From Eledone cirrhosa (Eukaryota): a stretch of DNA of 64,000 nt. The notes under the pieces were generated by a model. It saw only the letters and a program-made list of their open reading frames with translations. It had not been told where the DNA came from and made no database searches. The translations under genes and the position numbers were made by a program. Positions 11,534-20,660 of the stretch are shown in pieces (position 1 is the stretch's first letter; the number at the start of each line of letters is the position of its first letter). The stretch covers positions 125,550,001 through 125,614,000 of the forward strand of contig OZ024744.1 of the NCBI GenBank assembly GCA_964016885.1. The letters run 5' to 3'.

Positions 11534-12295
11534 CACGATAGAAGACGTTCGTTACCGCTGGAGCAACGCAAATTACTCCTCGGTTGACGCCAAAAACGAA
11601 CGCCTTCTCGACGGCTAGCCGCATTTCGTGATCCGCCTTTCGATTGCGCTTCCGTCGCGGAAAAAGAATTGCCTTTATAGGCCGCCGCCGCCGCCCGACC
11701 GGACCCACGATAGAAGACGTTCGTTACCGCTGGAGCAACGCAAATTACTCCTCGGTTGACGCCAAAAACGAACGCCTTCTCGACGGCTAGCCGCATTTCG
11801 TGATCCGCCTTTCGATTGCGCTTCCGTCGCGGAAAAAGAATTGCCTTTATAGGCCGCCGCCGCCGCCCGACCGGACCCACGATAGAAGACGTTCGTTACC
11901 GCTGGAGCAACGCAAATTACTCCTCGGTTGACGCCAAAAACGAACGCCTTCTCGACGGCTAGCCGCATTTCGTGATCCGCCTTTCGATTGCGCTTCCGTC
12001 GCGGAAAAAGAATTGCCTTTATAGGCCGCCGCCGCCGCCCGACCGGACCCACGATAGAAGACGTTCGTTACCGCTGGAGCAACGCAAATTACTCCTCGGT
12101 TGACGCCAAAAACGAACGCCTTCTCGACGGCTAGCCGCATTTCGTGATCCGCCTTTCGATTGCGCTTCCGTCGCGGAAAAAGAATTGCCTTTATAGGCCG
12201 CCGCCGCCGCCCGACCGGACCCACGATAGAAGACGTTCGTTACCGCTGGAGCAACGCAAATTACTCCTCGGTTGACGCCAAAAACGAACGCCTTC
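11532..12295 (+). repeat. 172-bp GC-rich tandem array, ~4.4 copies (putative rDNA spacer/ETS subrepeats)
   Basis: Units start at 11532, 11704, 11876, 12048 and 12220. Spacer/ETS identity is inferred only from position upstream of the 18S start. Confidence 0.9.
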
Positions 12296-12652
12296 CGGTT
12301 CGGGCGACGTAAAAGTCTGTAGCCTTTTCGCCGATCCTCGACGATTATCCGCCTTCCGAACAACCGCCTTTCCGCCGTCACAGCAGTAGGTACTCGTCCG
12401 TCGTAATAGCCGTCATTTTAATGCAGGAGAAACGCCTAAATGCACTGCGATTGACGACGATCTACGACGCGCTTACTCTTCCTTGCTGCGACGAAGGTTT
12501 CGTTCGGCTTTTCGTCGTGGACCCGGTCAGGTCATGCCGCTGATCTCGCGTTGCGTCGTTACCGCTGGAGCAACGCAAATTACTCCTCGTTTAACGCCAA
12601 CATCGAACGCGCTTCGGTTCTCGGTCGTCGTTGTTTTGTTTCGTGCGGAAGA
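12296..12652 (+). other. Putative 5' ETS remnant
   Basis: CpG-rich segment directly abutting the 18S 5' end; homologous to 4750-5350. Confidence 0.55.
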
Positions 12653-12838
12653 TACCTGGGTGATCCTGCCAGTAGTCATATGCTTGTCTCAAAGCTTAAG
12701 CCATGCAAGTGGAAGTTCATGCCGTAAACGAAAATGGTGAAACCGCGAATGGCTCAGGAACCGGATCTAATCCTCGGGACCGTATTCCTCACCGCGAGGA
12801 GAGGATAACTGTGGCAATTCTAGAGCTAATACATGCAA
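12653..12838 (+). pseudogene. 18S rRNA 5' fragment (diverged)
   Basis: TACCTGG(G)TGATCCTGCCAGTAGTCATATGCTTGTCTCAAAG(C)TTAAGCCATGCA, GTGAAACCGCGAATGGCTCA and GGATAACTGTGG(C)AATTCTAGAGCTAATACATGC match the universal eukaryotic SSU 5' end, with substitutions at conserved positions. Confidence 0.95.
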
Positions 12839-12842
12839 TTGA

Positions 12843-15800
12843 GATCGGAGAGGGAGCGATCCGTCTGCTTGATTCCGATAACGAACGAGACATTCGTATC
12901 CGAAAGAACGTTTGTCTGGAAACTGGTGCAGTCAGTGAGTCGAAAAAAAAATATCTCGGTGGTAGTAGCAAATATTCGAACGAGACATTCGTATGCGAAA
13001 GAACGTTTGTCGGTGGTAGTAGCAAATATTCGAACGAGACATTCGTATGCGAAAGAACGTTTGTCTGGAAGTGGCGATCCATGCCCGGTGGATAGTTGGT
13101 TCCGGGTTTTACTATGATTGTTGCAAAACAGAAACTTAAAGGGATTGACAGAATTTGCGATTCCGGAGAGGGGGCGATCCGTCTGCTTGATTCCGATAAC
13201 GAACGAGACATTCGTATCCGAAAGAACGTTTGTCTGGAAACTGGTGAGTCAGTGAGTCGAAAAAAAAAATATCTCGGTGGTAGTAGCAAATATTCGAACG
13301 AGACATTCGTATGCGAAAGAACGTTTGTCGGTGGTAGTAGCAAATATTCGAACGAGACATTCGTATGCGAAAGAACGTTTGTCGGTGGTAGTAGCAAATA
13401 TTCGAACGAGACATTCGTAGGCGAAAGAAAAATATCTCGGTGGTAGTAGCAAATATTCGAACGAGACATTCGTATTCGAAAGAACGTTTGTCTGGAAGTT
13501 GCGATCCATGCCCGGTGGATAGTTGGTTCCGGGTTTTACTATGATTGTTGCAAAACAGAAACTTAAAGGGATTGACTGAATTTGCGATTCCGGAGAGGGG
13601 GCGATCCGTCTGCTTGATTCCGATAACGAACGAGACATTCGTATCCGAAAGAACGTTTGTCTGGAAACTGGTGAGTCAGTGAGTCGAAAAAAAAATATCT
13701 CGGTGGTAGTGGCAAATATTCGAACGAGACATTCGTATGCGAAAGAACGTTTGTCGGTGGTAGTAGCAAATATTCGAACGAGACATTCGTATGCGAAAGA
13801 ACGTTTGTCTGGAAGTGGCGATCCATGCCCGGTGGATAGTTGGTTCCGGGTTTTACTATGATTGTTGCAAAACAGAAACTTAAAGGGATTGACAGAATTT
13901 GCGATTACGGAGAGGGGGCGATCCGTCTGCTTGATTCCGATAACGAACGAGACATTCGTATCCGAAAGAACGTTTGTCTGGAAACTGGTGAGTCAGTGAG
14001 TCGAAAAAAAAATATCTCGGTGGTAGTAGCAAATATTCGAACGAGACATTCGTATGCGAAAGAACGTTTGTCGGTGGTAGTAGCAAATATTCGAACGAGA
14101 CATTCGTATGCGAAAGAACGTTTGTCTGGAAGTGGCGATCCATGCCCGGTGGATAGTTGGTTCCGGGTTTTACTATGATTGTTGCAAAACAGAAACTTAA
14201 AGGGATTGACAGAATTTGCGATTACGGAGAGGGGGCGATCCGTCTGCTTGATTCCGATAACGAACGAGACATTCGTATCCGAAAGAACGTTTGTCTGGAA
14301 ACTGGTGAGTCAGTGAGTCGAAAAAAAAATATCTCGGTGGTAGTAGCAAATATTCGAACGAGACATTCGTATGCGAAAGAACGTTTGTCGGTGGTAGTAG
14401 CAAATATTCGAACGAGACATTCGTATGCGAAAGAACGTTTGTCTGGAAGTGGCGATCCATGCCCGGTGGATAGTTGGTTCCGGGTTTTACTATGATTGTT
14501 GCAAAACAGAAACTTAAAGGGATTGACAGAATTTGCGATTACGGAGAGGGGGCGATCCGTCTGCTTGATTCCGATAACGAACGAGACATTCGTATCCGAA
14601 AGAACGTTTGTCTGGAAACTGGTGAGTCGAAAAAAAAATATCTCGGTGGTAGTAGCAAATATTCGTATGCGAAAGAAAAGATCTCGGTGGTAGTAGCAAA
14701 TATTCGAACGAGACATTCGTAGGCGAAAGAAAAATATCTCGGTGGTAGTAGCAAATATTCGAACGAGACATTCGTATGCGAAAGAACGTTTGTCGGTGGT
14801 AGTAGCAAATATTCGAACGAGACATTCGTATGCGAAAGAACGTTTGTCGGTGGTAGTAGCAAATATTCGAACGAGACATTCGTATGCGAAAGAACGTTTG
14901 TCTGGAAGTGGCGATCCATGCCCGGTGGATAGTTGGTTCCGGGTTTTACTATGATTGTTGCAAAACAGAAACTTAAAGGGATTGACAGAATTTGCGATTA
15001 CGGAGAGGGGGCGATCCGTCTGCTTGATTCCGATAACGAACGAGACATTCGTATCCGAAAGAACGTTTGTCTGGAAACTGGTGAGTCAGTGAGTCGAAAA
15101 AAAAATATCTCGGTGGTAGTAGCAAATATTCGAACGAGACATTCGTATGCGAAAGAACGTTTGTCGGTGGTAGTAGCAAATATTCGAACGAGACATTCGT
15201 ATGCGAAAGAACGTTTGTCTGGAAGTGGCGATCCATGCCCGGTGGATAGTTGGTTCCGGGTTTTACTATGATTGTTGCAAAACAGAAACTTAAAGGGATT
15301 GACAGAATTTGCGATTACGGAGAGGGGGCGATCCGTCTGCTTGATTCCGATAACGAACGAGACATTCGTATCCGAAAGAACGTTTGTCTGGAAACTGGTG
15401 AGTCAGTGAGTCGAAAAAAAAATATCTCGGTGGTAGTAGCAAATATTCGAACGAGACATTCGTATGCGAAAGAACGTTTGTCGGTGGTAGTAGCAAATAT
15501 TCGAACGAGACATTCGTATGCGAAAGAACGTTTGTCTGGAAGTGGCGATCCATGCCCGGTGGATAGTTGGTTCCGGGTTTTACTATGATTGTTGCAAAAC
15601 AGAAACTTAAAGGGATTGACAGAATTTGCGATTCCAGAGAGGGGGCGATCCGTCTGCTTGATTCCGATAACGAACGAGACATTCGTATCCGAAAGAACGT
15701 TTGTCTGGAAACTGGTGAGTCGAAAAAAAAATATCTCGGTGGTAGTAGCAAATATTCGTATGCGAAAGAAAAGATCTCGGTGGTAGTAGCAAATATTCGA

Positions 15801-18630
15801 ACGAGACATTCGTAGGCGAAAGAAAAATATCTCGGTGGTAGTAGCAAATATTCGAACGAGACATTCGTATGCGAAAGAACGTTTGTCGGTGGTAGTAGCA
15901 AATATTCGAACGAGACATTCGTATGCGAAAGAACGTTTGTCGGTGGTAGTAGCAAATATTCGAACGAGACATTCGTATGCGAAAGAACGTTTGTCTGGAA
16001 GTGGCGATCCATGCCCGGTGGATAGTTGGTTCCGGGTTTTACTATGATTGTTGCAAAACAGAAACTTAAAGGGATTGACAGAATTTGCGATTACGGAGAG
16101 GGGGCGATCCGTCTGCTTGATTCCGATAACGAACGAGACATTCGTATCCGAAAGAACGTTTGTCTGGAAACTGGTGAGTCAGTGAGTCGAAAAAAAAATA
16201 TCTCGGTGGTAGTAGCAAATATTCGAACGAGACATTCGTATGCGAAAGAACGTTTGTCGGTGGTAGTAGCAAATATTCGAACGAGACATTCGTATGCGAG
16301 AGAACGTTTGTCTGGAAGTGGCGATCCATGCCCGGTGGATAGTTGGTTCCGGGTTTTACTATGATTGTTGCAAAACAGAAACTTAAAGGGATTGACAGAA
16401 TTTGCGATTACGGAGAGGGGGCGATCCGTCTGCTTGATTCCGATAACGAACGAGACATTCGTATCCGAAAGAACGTTTGTCTGGAAACTGGTGAGTCGAA
16501 AAAAAAATATCTCGGTGGTAGTAGCAAATATTCGTATGCGAAAGAAAAGATCTCGGTGGTAGTAGCAAATATTCGAACGAGACATTCGTAGGCGAAAGAA
16601 AAATATCTCGGTGGTAGTAGCAAATATTCGAACGAGACATTCGTATGCGAAAGAACGTTTGTCGGTGGTAGTAGCAAATATTCGAACGAGACATTCGTAT
16701 GCGAAAGAACGTTTGTCGGTGGTAGTAGCAAATATTCGAACGAGACATTCGTATGCGAAAGAACGTTTGTCTGGAAGTGGCGATCCATGCCCGGTGGATA
16801 GTTGGTTCCGGGTTTTACTATGATTGTTGCAAAACAGAAACTTAAAGGGATTGACAGAATTTGCGATTACGGAGAGGGGGCGATCCGTCTGCTTGATTCC
16901 GATAACGAACGAGACATTCGTATCCGAAAGAACGTTTGTCTGGAAACTGGTGAGTCAGTGAGTCGAAAAAAAAATATCTCGGTGGTAGTAGCAAATATTC
17001 GAACGAGACATTCGTATGCGAAAGAACGTTTGTCGGTGGTAGTAGCAAATATTCGAACGAGACATTCGTATGCGAAAGAACGTTTGTCTGGAAGTGGCGA
17101 TCCATGCCCGGTGGATAGTTGGTTCCGGGTTTTACTATGATTGTTGCAAAACAGAAACTTAAAGGGATTGACAGAATTTGCGATTACGGAGAGGGGGCGA
17201 TCCGTCTGCTTGATTCCGATAACGAACGAGACATTCGTATCCGAAAGAACGTTTGTCTGGAAACTGGTGAGTCAGTGAGTCGAAAAAAAAATATCTCGGT
17301 GGTAGTAGCAAATATTCGAACGAGACATTCGTATGCGAAAGAACGTTTGTCGGTGGTAGTAGCAAATATTCGAACGAGACATTCGTATGCGAAAGAACGT
17401 TTGTCTGGAAGTGGCGATCCATGCCCGGTGGATAGTTGGTTCCGGGTTTTACTATGATTGTTGCAAAACAGAAACTTAAAGGGATTGACAGAATTTGCGA
17501 TTCCAGAGAGGGGGCGATCCGTCTGCTTGATTCCGATAACGAACGAGACATTCGTATCCGAAAGAACGTTTGTCTGGAAACTGGTGAGTCGAAAAAAAAA
17601 TATCTCGGTGGTAGTAGCAAATATTCGTATGCGAAAGAAAAGATCTCGGTGGTAGTAGCAAATATTCGAACGAGACATTCGTAGGCGAAAGAAAAATATC
17701 TCGGTGGTAGTAGCAAATATTCGAACGAGACATTCGTATGCGAAAGAACGTTTGTCGGTGGTAGTAGCAAATATTCGAACGAGACATTCGTATGCGAAAG
17801 AACGTTTGTCGGTGGTAGTAGCAAATATTCGAACGAGACATTCGTATGCGAAAGAACGTTTGTCTGGAAGTGGCGATCCATGCCCGGTGGATAGTTGGTT
17901 CCGGGTTTTACTATGATTGTTGCAAAACAGAAACTTAAAGGGATTGACAGAATTTGCGATTCCGGAGAGAGGGCGATCCGTCTGCTTGATTCCGATAACG
18001 AACGAGACATTCGTATCCGAAAGAACGTTTGTCTGGAAACTGGTGAGTCAGTGAGTCGAAAAAAAAATATCTCGGTGGTAGTAGCAAATATTCGAACGAG
18101 ACATTCGTATGCGAAAGAACGTTTGTCGGTGGTAGTAGCAAATATTCGAACGAGACATTCGTATGCGAAAGAACGTTTGTCTGGAAGTGGCGATCCATGC
18201 TCGGTGGATAGTTGGTTCCGGGTTTTACTATGATTGTTGCAAAACAGAAACTTAAAGGGATTGACAGAATTTGCGATTCCGGAGAGGGGGCGATCCGTCT
18301 GCTTGATTCCGATAACGAACGAGACATTCGTATCCGAAAGAACGTTTGTCTGGAAACTGGTGAGTCAGTGAGTCGAAAAAAAAATATCTCGGTGGTAGTA
18401 GCAAATATTCGTATGCGAAAGAAAAGATCTCGGTGGTAGTAGCAAATATTCGAACGAGACATTCGTATGCGAAAGAAAAATATCTCGGTGGTAGTAGCAA
18501 ATATTCGAACGAGACATTCGTATTCGAAAGAACGTTTGTCTGGAAGTTGCGATCCATGCCCGGTGGATAGTTGGTTCCGGGCTTTACTATGATTGTTGCA
18601 AAACAGAAACTTAAAGGAATTGACAGAATT
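12843..18630 (+). repeat. rRNA-mosaic satellite: 317-bp (A) and 459-bp (B) monomers with 54-bp subrepeats, ~16 monomers
   Basis: Monomer anchors at 13096, 13523, 13840, 14157, 14474, 14933, 15250, 15567, 16026, 16343, 16802, 17119, 17436, 17895, 18212 and 18571. Motifs match 18S and 28S conserved segments. Confidence 0.93.
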
Positions 18631-18654
18631 TTCGAATCGACATCAACTCGGCTA

Positions 18655-19010
18655 CGGCTATCCCGTCGAGTACGAGAGTATCGCGGGATCAGAGCAACGG
18701 TTTGCTAGGCTGCCTCTGAGCGATAACGGCTGAACGCCTCCTCTAAGCCGGAACCCTAGCCGGACCCGAGTTGTTTTTCGACAAGCGTCTCGACCTTCTT
18801 AAGGCCCATGCCTTAGTTTGGCGATTGCCGTCCGTTCGCCGACGGCGGCAGCGTCAGCGGAAATGCCATTCTGTGACGACTACGACGATTCGTCGTCGTC
18901 GTCGTCCATTCGATTTCCTGAAAGAGATAGAGACTAAAGTGATCAAATTGTTCGGAGTTACGTGCTTAGTAGAGCAGCTACCACACTGCAATCTATTGAG
19001 AGTTTTCTGA
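18655..19010 (+). pseudogene. 28S rRNA 3'-terminal fragments (diverged)
   Basis: AGTACGAGAG (sarcin-ricin loop core), CTGAACGCCTC..TAAG, and AGTAGAGCAGCTACCACACTGCAATCTATTGAGAGT matching the LSU 3' end. Copy at 52556-52911. Confidence 0.85.
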
Positions 19011-19740
19011 CGAACGATACAATCCGCCCACGTGGCGCCAGAAAGGGAGAAGAAAAGAAAAGTTAGACGCCGCCGATCGATCGGTTCGTTGTTTTACGTG
19101 TACACAGCTTGTGTGTGTGTCTGTATGTGATACAAGCCGCCTATCCGTCTTCCAAGTAAGTTTTGTGTGTAGACTGCGGAAAGAAATCCAATCCGCCGTC
19201 TAGGCGGTTCTGCCGCCGACCCATACTTTTGCGAGTCGCTCCCGGGAAAGACAGGCGGCAAGACGGCGTGTATACACGACGCCTTCCGTCTTCCGCCTCG
19301 AACCCGGGCAAACGTTCCTTTATTCGTCCACGCCTTCCCGCTTCGATCGCGAGAAAGTAATCAATCTGTTTTGTGTGTGTGTCTGTGTGTGATACAAATT
19401 TGTTTTCTTAATTTGATAACCATGAATTGTTTCAACACCGGCCCTTTTAAGGGCCACTTATATTTTCAATAATCAGTTTAAATGGGTTGCACCGTAGCCA
19501 CTTGGTAATACACTGCAAATCTCCCGTCAATCTATGAAGGTTTTGTAGTAGATTAGATCAAAACACAATCAGCAAGACAGTAATGGAATGAATAATATAA
19601 ACATTTGTTTATAATTAAAGCCTTAAGATGTCCCTCCCTTCCTCCCTTCCTTCCTTCCTTCCTTCCTTCCTTACGATATACACTTTAATAACATTGAAAC
19701 TTATTTAATAAGTTTAAATTTTAAACACTTTTTATTCAGA

Positions 19741-19872
19741 CGTACCGCGATAAGTAACTAGATATGTTCTAACGAATAATCCGCGATGTGGCGAGGATTA
19801 CCGCGATAGGAAATTAGATACGTTCCAAAGAAATATCCGCGAAAAGTGAACCGCGATATAGCGGGTTCACCA
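19741..19872. mobile_element. Tigger/pogo-like DNA transposon end
   Basis: Reverse complement GGTGAACCCGCTATATCGCGGTTCACTTTTCGCGGAT resembles TcMar-Tigger terminal repeats; recurrent CCGCGA motifs. Confidence 0.5.
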
Positions 19873-19933
19873 GCCAGTGTATTACTGGTACTTTATTTTA
19901 TCGACCCCCATAAGGATGAAAGGCAAAGTTAAC
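19873..19933 (-). mobile_element. SINE core fragment
   Basis: CTGGTACTTTATTTTATCGACCCC..TAAGGATGAAAGGCAAAGTTAAC is the reverse complement of the SINE at 34135. Confidence 0.75.
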
Positions 19934-20027
19934 TGTGCAATAACAAAGGGAGATAACCTCGTCTTTTTTTTTTTACGGAGTTATTTCCCTTTAAATTTTA
20001 TCTATTACTTATGATGATACAATTTAA

Positions 20028-20160
20028 TCAGTTCTTAGCTGTCGAGACACTGCATCCTTTAAAACCTCCATGGAACAAGCTACCTGCAACAGTTGTTAGC
20101 TGTCGAGACACTGCATCTTTTAAAACCTCCATGGAACAAACTACCTGCATCAGTTGTTAG
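20028..20160 (+). repeat. Tandem ~61-bp duplication of the CR1 ORF2 3' end
   Basis: Encodes WNKLPA(T/S)VVSCRDTASFKTSM-like sequence about twice, matching the C-terminus of the 36604-38559 ORF. Confidence 0.8.
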
Positions 20161-20428
20161 GGTCTGAGTTCAAATCACGCCGAGGAGGTTAACTTTGCCT
20201 TTCATCCTTACGGGGTCGGTCGGAAAACGAACCATTCCCGGTTCGCTTTCGAAGCGGGTTTCCGAAAACAGCGCTTCTCTCGACCGGGCCCGTCGTCCGC
20301 TCGGCGGTGGTTTTCATCGTCCCAGGCACGGCTAACAGGCGGAGACGGGACAAACGCGCGTGTTCCTTTTTTTATCAGCCGCAGCGCCGTTCGTATATAT
20401 GCTTAGGTTGTTTTTTTTTTAAATATCC

Positions 20429-20659
20429 TAAGTTAAGTTGGGGCTAAGTTAAGTTGGGGCTAAGTTAAGTTGAGGTTAAGTTGAGTTGGGGTTAAGTTAA
20501 GTGGGGGTTAAGTTAAGCTGGGGTTAAGTTAAGTTGAGGTTAAGTTAAGTTGGGGTTAAGTCAAGTTGGGGTTAAGTTAAGTTGGGGTTAAGTTAGGTTG
20601 GGGTTAAGTTAGGTTGGGGTTAAGTTAAGTTGGGGTTAAGTTAGGTTGCGGTTAAGTTA
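20429..20659. repeat. 16-bp G-rich minisatellite (TTAAG TTAAG TTGGGG)n, ~14 copies
   Basis: Directly visible; some TTAGG variants. Copy at 54330-54560. Confidence 0.92.
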
Positions 20660-20660
20660 C

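Noticed and set aside
11395-12381. 125-aa tandem ORFs in the 172-bp array (also 49847-51874)
   Set aside because: The unit length is not a multiple of 3, and GC-rich repeats are stop-poor; no coding signature.
12703-18557. Repetitive-protein ORFs (e.g. 226-283 aa on the minus strand)
   Set aside because: By-products of 54-bp (in-frame) subrepeats of rRNA origin; frames break with A-run length.
12843-18630. CRISPR-like array (short repeats at regular spacing)
   Set aside because: The intervening sequences are themselves identical repeats rather than unique spacers; there are no cas genes; the context is eukaryotic.
12653-19010. Functional 45S rRNA gene
   Set aside because: Only ~190 bp of contiguous 18S and ~350 bp of patchy 28S; substitutions at universal positions; no 5.8S recognised; interior scrambled.
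18655-19010. R1/R2 site-specific insertion in 28S explaining the structure
   Set aside because: The R2 target region (AAGGTAGCCAAATGCC context) is not in the cassette and no R2 ORF adjoins it; the RLE fragments lie elsewhere.
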